The notes beneath the pieces are model-generated. The model was given only the letters and a program-made list of their open reading frames with translations, ran no database searches and had not been told where the DNA came from. From the NCBI GenBank assembly GCA_036172245.1, contig JAYWIR010000003.1, positions 1,240,001 to 1,304,000 on the forward strand: a stretch of DNA of 64,000 nucleotides. Direction: 5' to 3'. Positions 48,520 to 63,395 of the stretch are shown here, piece after piece; position 1 is the stretch's first letter, and every line of letters starts with the position of its first letter. The position numbers and the translations under genes are program-made. The stretch comes from Raillietiella orientalis (lineage: Eukaryota).

Positions 48520-49320
48520 CTTTGGAACCGCTTCAAGGGATCGATCATCGGTCGCTCCAGTCCCACAAGGCATCCCTCCGGAGGAGGTGAATTGTGCCCC
48601 AACATGTTGGAACAGTGCAACCTTTCTCTTAAAGTGGCAAGAGTCGGCGATCCTTCTATTGTATTTGGGCCCCCCGCACAACGCCTGCCGACACCGTTGG
48701 ACACGAGGGAGGTGAATCCCAACTCCAGCAGGTGCGGCGAAAGAGAGTCCCTTCCGCACCTGCCCGTGGATTGCGTTGTCCTCCTACCCCTGTGGAGACG
48801 CTTTGCCGCGTCCCTGCGGCTCCCCGAGGACAACCCGAGAAACCTCCTGAAGCGCCTCTTCCAGCGCGACGCGCTTCCGCCGGCCGCACCCGTAGCAGCA
48901 CTTTTCTGCCCATGCGGCGGGACCGTGGCTGCATGGAGCAACTCCAGAGGAGGCCAGGACGACAGGGATGCCATCCACTTTGCCGTCCTCTCCATGAGGA
49001 TGGCTTCAAGATGGCTCCATCTGGAACCTTTAAACAGGAACTTGCCGGGCATCCTTACAAGGATGCAGAGGACGCCCAGCATCCGGTGATCCCTTCCCGA
49101 ACCCTCCCAATTTTTTTTGTGCATGTATTTTTTTGTTTTATTTTTCTTTTTCGTTCGTCCTCTTCCTCCCCCCTCCTGCTGCCGAGGTGAATCTCGCCGG
49201 TCTGCACACCTGCCTCCGGCAGATTTCTTTTAGTATGGTTCACAACGTGACAGGACCAGGCGCCCTGTCACTGACCTGTACATTTATTTTTATATAGATA
49301 AACTCCCCAGAGCATAAGAA
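48520..49320 (+). mobile_element. L1/Tx1-like LINE 3' copy
   Basis: RCGERESLPHLPVDCVVLLPLWRRF...RDAIHFAVLSMRMASRWLHLEPLNRNLPGILTRMQRTPSIR*. Confidence 0.85.
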
Positions 49321-52300
49321 CCCCAGCACTCCCCAGACACCTGAAACATACCGTGGTGTTCCTCGTTTCGCGGGAAGCCGCAGTACTACGGCAAGCAGCC
49401 TGACTGCTGCTGACCTCTATGCACGTAGTAAGAGAGGGGTTGCAAGCTGAACGGGTTTGCTAGGAGGCTGCCCCAAGAATAGCTGTCTGGAAGCTCGACC
49501 TCCTGGATTCCCAGAGAGGAGGAGTTCTAGATGCCGGGCTTCCTGGGAGACGTCTCCGTTTATCCGGGAAGGGAAGGGTCGAAAGAGAGGAGACGGGCAG
49601 AGACGATGGTGACTTTGATTCCTCCCCCTCCCCTTCAGACTCTGCACCTTCTTCTGCCGTCGAAGTATCAATTCAATTCATCAATTCAAATTCCTGAGTG
49701 GATTTCTCATCTCCGTGAGAGTGCCTGCACCAACTTGACGGCTCAGTGGCGCGGGGATGCTTTCTTGCGTTCCGGCGGGTGGCCGCGGCGACGCGCTCGC
49801 TCGGATTTGCGAAATCTCCTTCATCCATCCTGGACTGTCTCTGCGCAACGGAGTTGCTGCGTCGGGATACCATCCAGATTCCGAAGGAGGAGGGGGACCG
49901 TTTGTCCTCCCCTCGCCGGTCCTCTCACCGGCCTAAGAGAGGAGCAGAAGGGGGAAGGAGGTTGCGGGCAGTCCGAGCGGGAAGGCCGGGCGACCGAATT
50001 TCCACGAAAGAGGCGCGCTCAAGGACGCGCAGTGGGAACGCTCTGAGACCAACCTTCCCGGAGCGGCCTTCTGATTGGCTCGTTGCGGTGGATCGAAATT
50101 GCGGTGGAGGCGCCCTCCAAGGATGGGAATAGGTGGTTCCCGAGCATCGTAGAAGCAAAAGGAAAGGAAAAGTATCTGGAGTTCGAAGGAGATTCGGTTC
50201 CATCCGCAACAGACAGACCGTCCAGGGAAGGGGGATAGGTCTCCGTCCAGGAAACTTTGTAGAGCGCGGCTCGAATGCTCCGTGACCACTGGCTCTGGAT
50301 GCGTCGGGGAGGGGGTTGTTACCACGCACCGCGACCATTCACCCTCGGGAAGCGGGTACGGAATGCCAGTCCTTAGGGGCTTCGATGAGCCCACGGCAGC
50401 TGGTCGCCGAGCCTCTACTTGGAGCAAGAAAAATGGCGTTGGAAAGGGGGCGTGGCAGCCACAGCATCCGGTGATGGGTACCATGCGGATCGAGATCCAA
50501 GCGGTGATGCAGCCGGCACTACACCGTCACGTAAGGGGAGAGCTCGGGCGGCCGACGGGATAGGCATCCCGTCGCCATGAAGACGAAACGGAGTGTGAAG
50601 CGCTTCCGGAGAGCTCCACCCCGCTTCAAGCGGCCTAGACGTGGGTGCAGGTGGATCATGGATGATGGCAGATGGAAATTTTCGGAAGGGAGGGAGGGGT
50701 GTGTGAGAAAAAGCCCTCAGGCAATCCTAAGATCCTAGGATCCGAGAGCGGTCTTCTGCGGCGAGAGAGAAGGTAGCAGCGAAAGGCAGGCCCTCCGCAA
50801 CAAACGACGCGCCCGGGCTCACTGGTGGACTTCCCGGTGCTCCCTCGGCAAAGGAGAACTGCGGGAACGGGCCGCCTAGTGACCCCACGAAAAGGATGCC
50901 TTCCAAGGCGGATCCGAGCCACACGGCAGGGAGACTGGTCAGTAGTTCTGTGTAAGTGGCTCCTCCCGAGATCAGGAGGAAGGTCATGGCTCGCGACGGG
51001 TGGAAAATCCCGGATCCGGGGCTCCCTTGTCCTCTCTCTCTGGGAACGGACTGGGAGGCAGAGTGCCGGACCGAACGCTCAAATGCGGGACGCGGGAGCT
51101 GACCACGGCCCCTTCGAGCCCACCAAGTGGTCAGTACGGGACGGCACGTCTGGGATGATGGCGGAACAGAACAAGCGGGATGCCCCTCTATTCGGCGGAA
51201 CCGGATTTGACGCTCCAGGTCGGTCATCATTTCAGACCGGTCGCGCGGAAGGCGGGGGAGAACGGAGAAACGCCGGAGGTCGGTCACACCACTTGCCGTA
51301 GGAGACGCACCAAGAAGCGGCGCGGGAAGACTGCCAGGGAGGTCCTGCAGAAACGAGCTGGCAGGCCTGTGCGTCGCTGCAAGGCATCCCGGAGGGACGC
51401 TCCGGGGAGAGCGCAGTGCGGGCCATCGACCCAGCCGAGACGCCTTCCGACGGGACTCTCCCCGAAGGCGAGGGGAGCCGAGTGCCCCCTCCGGCTGCTC
51501 GCGCCTTCTGCCGAGAGTCGCGACGCGGGGCGACGACATGAAGTCCCTCCCTCTTTTCCGGAAGCAGGTTCGGGGACGAGGCCGGAGCTCCAGGGAGGAG
51601 GGATGCTCGCCTCTGGAGCAATTGCTTCATCGCGCCCGCGCTCTTTGCTGGATCGCGGGCTGCTGCGCCGGCCCCGCCAAGAGCGACGGAAACCGCAGAG
51701 TAGCGGCGTTAGGGGAGGTGACGGTTGCCATGGCGTTTCTGCTGCCGTAAAACCCCTCACCTCCTATCGTTCGGCAAGAACTCAAGCGGGGCCTTGCTTC
51801 CTTTGTGCTGTACGCAGCTTAGGTACCGACAGCAGCGAAGGTGTGCCCGCAGGGCGGGATCCGCCCTGGTCCTGCTGCTGCTCCAGCGTCTCCCTCGATT
51901 GAGCCTCCTGAGAGAGTCTCCGATCCTCCTGCGGCGTGGGCAGCAAAAGGAGGGGAGGGGGGGCGCTCGTCCCTCGCGGAGCCCTGGTGGGGACGGCTCA
52001 ACCGAGGGATCAACAGATTTCCGATCGAGTCTGCGAAAATCGCGGCGAGGTGGCGCGCTTAGGTGGAAGAGACCCCTCCGTGAGTCTCCAGCGCCCCGTC
52101 TCTCCCGGATCTTTCGGTCCGCCCTCTCCCCCCAGCAGCCACCTGCAGAGTCCCTCCGAGTTGAGCAACAGCTCTGGAACAAGCAGAACGGAAGGAGGAG
52201 GGCGTGTACCGAGGATACTTCCGCCATGTGACCTCGATGGAGATCGCCGGCAACGGCGGCTGCTCGCCGCGGGATCGTGGGGACCACCGGGATGCAGAAA

Positions 52301-53699
52301 ACGGCGAGGACACTGACGAAGAGACCGAAGATGGGCGCCAAAAGCACCGGGTGGGTGGGATCGTCCTCCGTACTGAGGGAGCCTTCAGGCATTGCAGCTT
52401 CGTCGCAAGGGAGGAGTGACCCCCCCCCCCCCCCCCAACGTAACGCGTGGTTGAGTTAAGGGGTTCTGGAGGAAAAGAAGCCCAGCACTCTGTGGGGTTC
52501 CGGAGAAGACAAAAGAACCTTGACACCCCTTCCTTCTTCCTCCTTCCCCCAAGCATTCGTGGGCTGGCGCGGTGCCCTCGGCTCCTCTCCCCGTGCACAC
52601 GAAAAGAGTCGGAGGAAGAGCAACATCTCCTCTTATGTTCCTCTCTGCAGCCTCTTCGCTCCACTGATCACAAGGGGGGGAGAGAGAGGGGGGGGAACGC
52701 CCTTTAGCCGTCTCCGAGCGCAGTTGCTCCCGGGAACGCCACGGGCGGTTAGCTGGAATTCAAGGCGTCGAGTCCCCCCCGTTCTTCGGCAGCTCCGCTC
52801 GCTTTTCCCGCGGACGAAAACCGCAGACGGCGGCGGAAGGAAGGCCGGAGGCACGGTTCTCTGGCCGTGCGGTCTCTGGTCAGCACAGCCGCAGCAAGCG
52901 CAGCATCTGCCGATCGCGAGGAGTCCTGCTTTGGAGCCGTCTAGTCCACCTCTTGCGATGCTGCTGCCCGCCCGGGGAGTGAGAACGACCACTTCTGCGC
53001 GTGGACGCAAATCAAGCCCAAGGGCATCCAGACTCCGCGGCTTCTTGACGCAGGCACATCTGCAAGGAAGACAAGCCGGAAAGCAGGGCACAGGCGCGCA
53101 ATCAACGAAGTGCCTCTTGCACGTGCGGATCGAGTTCGTTGCTGCGGAAACGGATGGGATTCCACCTTGGGGACGGCGGCCACGCCACTTCCACGGAGTT
53201 TTGATCACTGGACAGTAACTGTGACCATCTCCGTGAGATTTCCGGCACACGAGGAAAATTCATTCCGACGCAGGACCGAATGAAACGTCGCCAACGCTAC
53301 CGGATCTCGGCGCAGAGCCGGATGCGTGCCCCGTGGACGAGGTGGACCCGTCGAAAATCGCGCTCCTACAATCGGTGGTTACTGACTGCACGAAGCTCTC
53401 CGCTACTGAATAATCCGTAAGCCGAGAAGAAAATCTAAGACCACACAAAGCTGCTCCAAGTCACGGAGATCCAGTTTTCCGGAGTTCATGGCTTCTTCCC
53501 TTGAAGGAGGACGAAGTCATGGAGGACAAAGGTGACCCCGCCCGATCCCCGAGCTCTGCGGGAAGCGAAACGAAGTCAGAGCAGGTCCTGTCAATCCATC
53601 CTTCGTTCCTTCTCGTCCGCTACCCAAGGAGATGTCTCCACTGCTGTGACATCGGGTCACTCGAGGGCGTTCATTGCTGTCTGCGGCAACAAGGAAAAG

Positions 53700-54200
53700 A
53701 TTAAGATAAAAACTAAGAAAACAGACGGGTCAAGGGCAAAAGATGAAGAATTTTGGATGGGCTGGATAGAAGCCAGGCGACCTTCCGGCGAGGTCAGAAC
53801 CGAGGCAGGAAGGCAAGGGGTGCCAGGTGAAGAAATACGACAAGGGCACGCAACTGTCTGTGCCGGGGAGGAACGAAGGAAGGAGATCGCTAGGACTCCC
53901 CTGCATCCTGCGCAGGGTGCTGGCAGACCCCACCCTTCGATCCGCTAGGCGGCGACGCCTCGCTGCTCATCTCAAGAGGGTGTGGCAGTGGTGGCATTCC
54001 TGCCACTCGATGCTCCGGCGGCCGTCGCCACGGAGGCAGCGGACGGCAGCGCAGGTGGTCGCCATCTCCTCTGCAAGCGTCAGGTCGTCATATCCACTGC
54101 AGCGCGAGAGGGGGTAGGGGATGCGTGCTTCTGAGCATGCGCGCCGCACAGGGGACTACCCTGACGCAGGAGCAGTGTGGCCACCGGGTGTGCTGCCACC
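53700..54200 (-). mobile_element. Diverged LINE 3' copy
   Basis: ASTLRRMQGSP matches the family C-terminal ASTVLDRMQGTP. Confidence 0.5.
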
Positions 54201-54289
54201 GTCAGTGGCAGGGTGGGGTTGCTTGCGGAAGCCGCAGGGGTCTGCCCGGCAGGGCAGTCGCTTGTGACGGGCACCCGGGGTCGCCGCGC

Positions 54290-55020
54290 CGACAAAGCAA
54301 ATGTCGCCAGCTCCAGCTGCTTCAAGCGCTGTCCACGCCACCCCCGAGAATGAGTGTAACTCTTCAAGTTAGAGGGCAGCTCCATTGAGGGACCGCCCTA
54401 TAAACCCAGGTAGGTTTCGGAGGAAGGAGTCCTTTTCTCGTACGCTTGGGAGGGAACCTCGAAGGAACCTCCTTCTTATTCTCTCCAGAGGGGTCACCGA
54501 AGGTCATTTCTCCTCCGGAGGGAACCCGGAAAAGATCTGCTCCTGGGATTTCTTCTCAGCAGGGAACCCGCCGAGGAACCGCTCCTGGTTCCCTCCTCTA
54601 AAGATAACCTCGAAGAAACGCTTCCCAGTTCCTCTGAAAAGTCGCACCAGAGCGAGCACTTGGTACTCTGGAAAGGCCAGCTCCAGATCAACCAGCTCCA
54701 TGATACCCGATAGAGGGTCGCCCTCCGAGGGAAGGGTCGGTTCCATTTGCACAACCGGAGGGAGCCCCGAAGGACTCCTTGATGCCTTGGAAGGACCCCG
54801 GAGGGTCAACTTCCAACCTCGGCCAGTCAACGGAGGCATCCGGTTTTTGCCAGTGCCGTCCCCGAACCCTGTGGGCCAACCAGCGCCATCCTGCTGGGAA
54901 GACTCCAAGCCCAGAACTCACTCCTCGTTCTCGCCGTCGATCCTCCACGTGGAGATTCGGACCCGCAACGCTTGGTGCCTCGTGCCACACGACCGCCAGC
55001 TTAGGCATGGCCTTGACATG
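54290..55020 (-). mobile_element. tRNA-headed SINE-like element, diverged
   Basis: Head ...caccaagcgttgcgggtccgaatctcc; 3' motif cctgggtttatagggcggtccc. Confidence 0.65.
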
Positions 55021-58000
55021 GCCACTGCTCCTGCAACCGCGGAGCCTAACCAGGCGGCCGTCGGAAGGGTTCGAACGCCACCTACACTCTGCCGGGACGG
55101 GTACTACCGTGTTGGCATGCGGGACGATCAGAAGCGTTCGGGGACCTCGACGGCTGCCGAAGATTAGATTCCAGCAGCTGCAGTAGAGGCGTCCGCTGCA
55201 GAGCGGTCCTGGGGCGCGGTGCTGCCGGTCGATTGCTCAGGGAGCAACCCGGGCTTTCCCCAAGCCTTCGAGATGCCGAGATCCCACGCCTTCTTCCCGG
55301 TTACGAATTCTCCTCTCCTCGCGCTCCGCTCCCTGATTTCGCGCGCTGCAGCTCCCGGAGCCTCGTGCGGGATGCTCCTTTTCGAACTGGAGGAAGGCGC
55401 CGCTCTCGTGTGCTTCACCGTAGCTTCCGATTCTTCGCGCAACAGGACAAGGACACTCGGGGTACAGCACAGTCCACGTCGAGATGCCTTCCTCCGGGAG
55501 AGCCCGGTCTGCCTTCAGGGCGCGCGCGCCCGTGGCGACGTTCTTTTGCGATTACCGCGCGCGAAACGTGGTCGAACTTGAACGAAATCCAAGTACTGGA
55601 CGTGTCCGTGCCTACCGAACTTGCCGCCGAGGGGTTTCAGTGATTTCGTGGAACTGGTACTTTCGGATGCTGCGGACTCATTTAAACGACGGTGGAACTG
55701 CCGGCGCGTTTCGCTCTTTTCTTCTCTCTACGTAAAATCGAACAGCTTCGGAAGTGAGACCACCGCTAATTTAATCAACACATCTTTGGAGTCACTCTTG
55801 TCCGTGAGCGGGGGCTCCAAGTGCAGCATCTGCTGGTGGCACGCTTCCCTTTCCTGGAATCCTATGGATGGCTCTCCTCGAGGTCCATTATCCTCCTTCG
55901 AAAGCAGACTCTTGAGTCCTGCCGACTGCGTCGCTGGTGCTCGTTGCTTTCGTCCAGAGTTTGGCTTTCCGCACTTTTGCATGTTTTATTGCCGCTCCAC
56001 CTTTGCTGCTCTCGGAGTCGCAGCCCTGGACCGGAGACCAGAGAATTGCTGCACATCTCACTTGTTGCCTGATGCACCGATTTCTTTGGACATCTTCCAC
56101 ATTCTTCACAGAAGGATTGCGCCTTCGCAGCACACTCGAGAGGCGGTAAATTCTTATAAGGAGAGACGGGCGACGGGAGAGTGAGGTAAGCAGACACGGA
56201 GAATGGGGGGACATCGGCTGCACGTGGAGACGGAAACAGATGCCGGTGGTTTCACCAGCCTAGGAGTAAGGAAGGAAGAACTGTCCATCGTGATCCCTGA
56301 TTTCGTAAGGGTCCCTCGGAAGATCAAGGAATGAATGATCCAAGCGCCAGGAATGACCATCCGTGAAACAGCTCGCTACGAGTGGCAGTTGCCCTAAAGT
56401 GCAACTGCATCGCTGCATCACGAAAATGATGGGAAGATTCAGCCGCAGTACCCGTACGAGCGATGGGAACATCAAGCAACGGATGCGTGGTGACTGATTA
56501 CCAGAGCTAACACATGCGAGGGAATGAAGCACAAGCAGAAAGATGACGACTCACTGGACAAGGCCACCAATCGCTAAGGGATCCAAAACGTGAACCTTCT
56601 AGCGGTTGGCCCAACAATATGGAGGAGCGACCTACCACCGGACACTCAAGATGACCTACGGATGTACCACCATGGAGGAATCCCGAATGGTTTCCGACTG
56701 AGGTTTCAAACAGGTAACTGCTCAGACGAGCCCTGAAAGACACGTAGGTTCAGGAAAACCCATCTTCATGCTCTCACCTGCCCGACGCTGCGTCATATTG
56801 CACAACGCTGAAGGTGGTGACCAGTCTGCAAACGAAAACGAAGATGGAGGTCTTGGCAGGACTGTTTGAAGGAAGCAATAACGTTCTCCGATGCAATCCC
56901 ATGGTCTGCACCACTGCCGTTGCCCTCTTCATCGCAAGCATCGTGATAAGCATCGTAGATAAGAAGGGCGAAGATGCGGAACACTGGAGCAGTAGTCCTG
57001 TTGCCCAAGCAGCCCTAGTGAACCCTCCAGAGAGAAAGAATCCCGAACATGAAGAAAGAAAGTGATATTCATCTCCTTGAACTTTTACAAACAAAACTTT
57101 GCAGAAACACTCGACAAAGTGCCTGCAGGAATGTGTAAATAGTGAATTTGCGAGAAAGTTGTTCCATAAATTCATCCGCCGCTGGTCGGAAGCGGGAACA
57201 ACTGCGATAAGCGACATGCGAGGTGATAACAGATTGTGGCACTGGAAACTGTGATACCCTGTTTGTACATTTTCCAAGAATGACTAATAGGATACTTGTA
57301 CAATCCAATTGCCAATCGAGCAGCACATACATCATCTCTGATATGGGAGATCGTGCAAATAGATTTATTCTTTCATTTCAGCGGAACGAATAAATCTACG
57401 ATGGTTACATCTCCATGAAGAAGGGCATAATTCACACTTCAGCGTGATGTAGGCCGTGCTGTCTTCCGGAAAAGAAGGGAGACGCAATTCTTACATTGTG
57501 AGCAAAGGCGTAGTTGCAGTCTTTGACAAAGTTGAGGGAACTTTCAGCACGAGAATCGGCTTTCCGCTTCCACAAAGCAATCTTGGTGGGAGCTGAAAGC
57601 ACTCAGCGCAACAAACTTTTCCGCGTTTCCATGGAAAGAGGTTGGTAGGTTCATTAGCGAGGGCATGAATGATGGCGAAATTTCAGATGCCGACTTGCTG
57701 GTTGGATCGTTGTTCCGTCCTCTTCTTTATGTTTACTTTGTGATGGAACGGAGGAGAGTTTTCAGTAAACCCAAAGGCAAGCAACTCCGTTTCAGGACGC
57801 AGCTTCCCGATTCGAAAACAGCCTTTTTCATTGGCTGGACTGATGGTGCATTGCCGAAGTTCGCTCTCTTTCCGATGATAAGTAAGCAGCTATTCAAAGA
57901 GCCCACGTTGCACTGAGTGAAAGGATTTGAAGAGGACTTGTAGAGACCTGAACAAACTATCCACATCAAGTGAAACAGCATCGTTTGTTTGCTGTACCAT

Positions 58001-59404
58001 GGAGCCGTTCATCTTTGCGGCCACGCCGCCTTTCTCTGCTTTTATTTAAACACCGAGTTCTAAACAGCCGACGCTCGCGGGGAGCCAGACCATCTCCGGC
58101 CGTCGCGCTCTTCACCTTTCCACTCACTCAAGGCTTGGTTTCGAAGCAGAGCGGATCAGTCTTTTGAACCGCTCGCAGACTCTCAAAACAACGTGGACCG
58201 CGTCTTTCTGTGCGGCTTCCCATGGGCCGCAGTCGGGGGAAATTACGGCGTCATCATTTTTCCAAAAAGAGAGCCTGAGTTAAGGGACAGGGATGAAACG
58301 CATCCCAGGGGGAATGTGTTCAGATTTGTAAATTGAAATAAGTAGGGAAAATTATGTCAGGAGGAATTATGGAACGCCGTGAACACTCGAATGGACAGAA
58401 GGTCCCAAGAGAACGACAAAGGTATCACCACGAGTTGGTCAAATAGGAATCGATGTGATTACCAGTGGAAGAAATATCCATGTACCTCTCAGCAACAGTT
58501 CTGAGGGGGTGCGACGTTCTCATCTTGCAATGATTGTTCCGCGCCCATTTCGATGCTTCAGCTGTGATTAAGAAATGAGCAGATTATTGAGAGCTTCGCT
58601 GCCGGCAATGCCAGTAGCTTCGCTGATGGAGTCAATCCATCTCAATCACTAGGAGAGAAACCCGAGGCTCCCAGCGGAAATCTGTCCTTCTGAAACGCGA
58701 GGGAGAGGGAAAATCCACGAGACGCATTCCCCGTGGAACCACCGAAAAGATGGCGGGAGAACGAAGAGAGCTCCACCAGGCAATGGCGAAGTTTCCGCGT
58801 GGATAACTCGATGGCTCAACAAGCGCCTCTGAATTCTCACGATCGGAATTTTCATGCTTCGAGGGACGCGCAGCGAACAGCTTCCCATGCAAAGGCAAAA
58901 GTCAACAACAGGAGAAAACCAGGAAGAGCATTATTCCTAGTTTGCTCTTCAGGTTCCGTAACTTTTTCTTCAGCACTGCCACCACTGCCCAAGCACTGGG
59001 CGCTTTCGCAGCACGTAGGGAAAATCTTCATACAGCTTTCGGCCTGGCACTGGTCATACGGTCTGTCTGATTTCAACCGTCGTTCTTACGCAAAGTCGCC
59101 GGCGGAGATTCCTTTACTTGACCTGGGACGCACGCTGGAATGTTCCGCTGCTCTCCTTCACTAACAACAGCAGAGTTCTCAATCACTAACGTCGCTGGTA
59201 TCCACGCAACGCAATTTTGCCGTAAATTCCAACTCACTGCTCAGTAACGGCTCCACCGATTTTCACGAGACCCCTTGTGTACCCAGTTCAGAAGAGGAAA
59301 CAACTTGTAAATCCGATCACGTATGCAGCAGCAGCAGCAATATACTGGAGTCATAAAGCAGAGGTTTCCTCCATATATTTCTTTCGGGCAGAATCAGAGG
59401 AAGA

Positions 59405-60004
59405 GGAGCAAATTCGGTACGCGTCGTTTTCGAGGCTTCCTCTCCCGGATCGCACACTTTGAAGGACTTCCGACAGATGCTCCGGGCGCAATCAGCGTTC
59501 GGAGCGGCATGAGATCGCGGATCACGTCACGAACAGATGATTGCCAGCATCTGAGGAGGGAGCAGCAGCAAGGAAAATCGGGGAACGGTGCGAAGAGACG
59601 CATGGAGATGCCACGGAGTGGAGCATCGCAAGAAGGTCGAGGCGGCTCCCTCAGCAGGGAGACGAGGACGCTGCCGGCTGCGTTCCGGGCACGAAAAGGT
59701 AGTTCCGGTCCACGCTGCACCGAGAAGAACGGGACGCTGACGTTGCTGCTCTGCAAAGGGACGAAGAGCGTGCTGGACGGAGGCGGGAAATGAGCCGGAT
59801 CGGCCTTCGCCTGGCAACGGCAACGAGAGAGGACCAGCGTGGTTTGTGGCCGGCAGAAGCCGTAGCTTCTGGGTGGTGTGGCTGGTCGCAGCGGGTCCTA
59901 GGAGAGCTTCCCGAAACAAGGCTGCAGGCGGTTGTTTCGCATTGGCGAAGAGGAGTCGGGAGCATGGCGGCGATTATGCCGAGCAACAGTGCCCGAGGCA
60001 CGTG
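59405..60004 (+). repeat. 600-bp near-identical direct duplication, copy 2
   Basis: Matches 13175-13774. Confidence 0.95.
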
Positions 60005-62519
60005 ATCGGTTTTACAAGAAATTTTGGGGTCAAATGATTTCTGTCCCACAAGAAGAAGGAAGGAGAGACAGAAAATCAGGCGAAAGGCCGCAGCATAATG
60101 TTTTACTTGGCAGGGGAAAATCTATTTTTCCACTTTTTTACTCGTTTATCTCCGTGAAACCACGCAAATTAGAGCAGACCATCACAAGTCGTTAGGTCTT
60201 TGCACAGATTATTTCTTCAGTGGATCGTCAGCTGCATTCTGTATAAGGAAGAAGTGTAAGGAATGAGGTCATTATGGTTTGTTGCTTGCAAGAGAAGATG
60301 TTAATTAAAGAGATCTGAAGTTTTACTCTGGAAATGCACCGTCTTCAGCAAGCAGGACATCTGATCTCGCTTTACCGGGGTGTTGACTCGATTTACGCCT
60401 ACGCACACAAAGGCAAAGTGAAAACTTATTTTATCCACAATTGATGCAGCAGTTGCGGATTCTGAGATGTGCACAATGAACTCATTATCTGTTTTCTGGA
60501 ACTCGCAAGGACTAGCCGAAATTTTCAGCTGGCAAACAAAGGGGGATGCTATTAACTGAGTGGTCGAGCCGGCTTGGAAACGCAAATCTATCAACGAAAT
60601 CTCGTTGAGATGAAAAACGTCGCTAAGGAAACAGCATGATCTCTGAATCGTTAGTGAGACGATGTATCCCGTAACGAGCCTTGCCATGAACGCACATCAG
60701 TCTGAAGTCGCTTCTGAGGGTGGAGAAAATAAAGGATGCTGAATTTCCTCCGTAGCTGGGTCTTAACGTATTTGTCTACGCATGGCTGTTTTCCATAATG
60801 GACCAAGGGATGACTGTTATGGGGTATAGCTTTTCTCGACATTAGGAAGGCCAGGGTCTGTTTCGGTATCTCCCAGCGGACCAATCCTTGCTTTCTGTTC
60901 TCAGAAGCGTCCTTGTTATCAGCAGCTGAAGGAATCTTTATTTAGAGCTTAGACTTCCGGAAATTCCGATCCGTAGCCTCCTATGATAACGACACAGAAT
61001 CTTTCCTTATATTCGTGGCGAGGCATCCAACGATTTATCTCGGAAATCTTCGAAATTGGTCACAGCTTGATGAGTCATCGCTCCAGGCTCACAGTGAACT
61101 TTCCTAAAAAAAGTCATCATAGAACGACAGGATCGGCGATAGTGGTTCAGAGCGAGGGTTGGCTTCTCCTTTGTCCACGAAATGCCAGATAGTGGCCCTT
61201 GTGCCACGAGAAGGCAGCCTCCAAGCACGGAATGAGCTCGTCGCAAGCGAAGAGGGGTCCCTCGCTCCCACGATCTTCCAAAAACCAAAGGGCAATCAAT
61301 TCTGCTTCCTGGAGTTTGCCTGGCCCATCGGGGGGAGGGGGTCGAAACGACTCGTTCCTTTTTTGGGAGAGCTCGTTTCCATGCTCTTGCTCCTGTTCAC
61401 GCGCCCGCCCGCTACCCGACGAATGAGCTCGAAGAAGTCCTCGGGTCCAGAGGCCGGTGCGGAAATGGGCAACAGGAGAAGCAAGTCCACGGCCGGGGTG
61501 CCCGGGCAGGAGCTTTCGCAAGTCAGCCAGGGTCAGCTTGTACTCAGCACCAACTCGAAGATTCTGAAGAGCAGAGGGCTGAAGCTGTTGTCCTGCCTGA
61601 TGCCTCTGCGCCAGAAGTTGTCCTCCCTGCTGAGGTGTTCAGCGCGCCGGAAGCTGCCTGCGGACGCTCCGCTGGATGCTGCTCGCCGTAGGCGGCCCGG
61701 GTCGCGAGTAAGTGCTTGAGGTCGCGCCTGAAACGGAGACGCAGGCGGCAAGCGGGCGGTGAGGCTGGCCGGGCGGGAGGGGCGCGTCGCTCCCGGAGGT
61801 GGGGTGCGCTGCTAATTCGCATCCCGCTTCCTCTTCCTCTCTGTTCAGCTGGGAAAGCTTCGTGTCGTCCCCCGCTCGGCCGTCCGCCGGCAGGCGGCGC
61901 GCGGTAATCGAGCGGCGCCGGCGCCAGCTGTTCTACGGCGCCGTCCGTGCCTTGCATGCGAAACCTCCCTCGAGCGTCTTGCTCTTTCAGCCTCTGTCTG
62001 ACGCCACCAAAGACCTTCCTCGTGACGAGCTTTCGGGGCATTTCCCAAATGCACGCTGTTGCACACTGCTGCACCGCTGCTCCCAGGCGCCATCCTACAA
62101 TTCCTTTCCAGCTTTCATGGAGACGTTTCGGAAACGCCGCTGCCGAGTTCCTTTTCCCCACGATAACGGGACCTCGGTGGAAAAGTGGATGGCACGCCGT
62201 CCGTCGTCACTGGTGCCTCGAAGCAGCGCCGACTTCCCCGCTTTTGCAAATGGAATGCATCCTTTACGTTACGGCCAGCGATGGAAGCCCTTCGATCCCG
62301 GTGCTGGCTTCTTTTATGGAAGCAGAGCTCCCGCAAAAGAATAGCAAAGAAGGTTCGTAAAAGTGGCTGTAAATCATGGTGTGTCGATGCGTTGTCTTCC
62401 AGCTACCAACTGCTTCGTCATTTACGGCGACAACGAGACGGGGATTCATTCTTTCCCCGAACCTCTCCCCAAAGCGTTTTCTTTCCCTAATGCGATTCCT
62501 CGGCGTCTGTGAGGCATTC

Positions 62520-62690
62520 GGTGATCCCCTCCGGGGTTCTTCTCGGAGAAGGGAACAGGAACGGTTCCCTTGGGAGAGACCACCAGGACGAGGGTTCCTT
62601 CCCGAGAGTAAGAGGAACGGACTCCTTTCCACCGGAGCCTTCCCGGATTCACAGGGTGGTCCCTATGGTATCACCCCTAACTTGAAGCGT
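62520..62690 (+). mobile_element. SINE-like element, 3' fragment
   Basis: gaggaacggactcc...cttcccggattcacagggtggtccc matches the family 3' region. Confidence 0.55.
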
Positions 62691-62732
62691 TAAAGAACTT
62701 GTCATCGCGTCGTGGCAACGACGCGGCGCCTT

Positions 62733-63395
62733 CGCGGCGTCGCCTGGCAACGAGGGTGTTTTGTCAGCGCTCTGCGCCTGCGTTCCTGTCGAACGGGCTG
62801 CACCCTAAGAGAGGGGGAGGAGGGCGGTTCCTCAGCACCTGGAGAATCCCTCCCCCCCCAAAAAAAAGAAAAACCTGGAAGGAAAGCAGCGAGAGCGTGA
62901 GAGCCCCAAGGGATTTGCGCGTTCTTCATTGCCTTCTGTGGCAAAGAGACATATCCGGACACGAGACCAGCGTCCGAGGTCGGCAGGAGAAGGCTACCTT
63001 GAAGGAGGGATGAGTTCGTGTTTCCGGGAGGGGAAGCGTCGGGCGAAAGCACCGGGCCTGGAAGGAAGGGAGAGACTGGAAGACCTGGAAGGCTGGGAGA
63101 GACTCTCCCAGCCTTTGAGACCCAACAAGTGAGACAAGCGCTCGGACCAGGTAATGTGCGCACTTTGCTCCCCGCCTGAGGAGGGCGATTTCGCCTCAGG
63201 GCAGAGCACGTGACCACGGGCACCTCGTTCCAAACCTTCTTTTATTTGGAAACCGAACATCTCGGTCCTCGCACAGGGAGGGAGGGAAGGAGTGCGCGAC
63301 GACGTCGGCACTCTCGCGGCATCGCCTGGCAACGAGGAGGGTGTTCTTGCCGCAAGCTGCGCCTGCGTTCCTGTCGAACGGACTGCATCCTGAGC
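62733..63395 (+). repeat. Pair of ~80-bp direct repeats (62733-62810 and 63315-63395)
   Basis: Both contain tcgcctggcaacgagg...tgcgcctgcgttcctgtcgaacgg.ctgca. Confidence 0.8.
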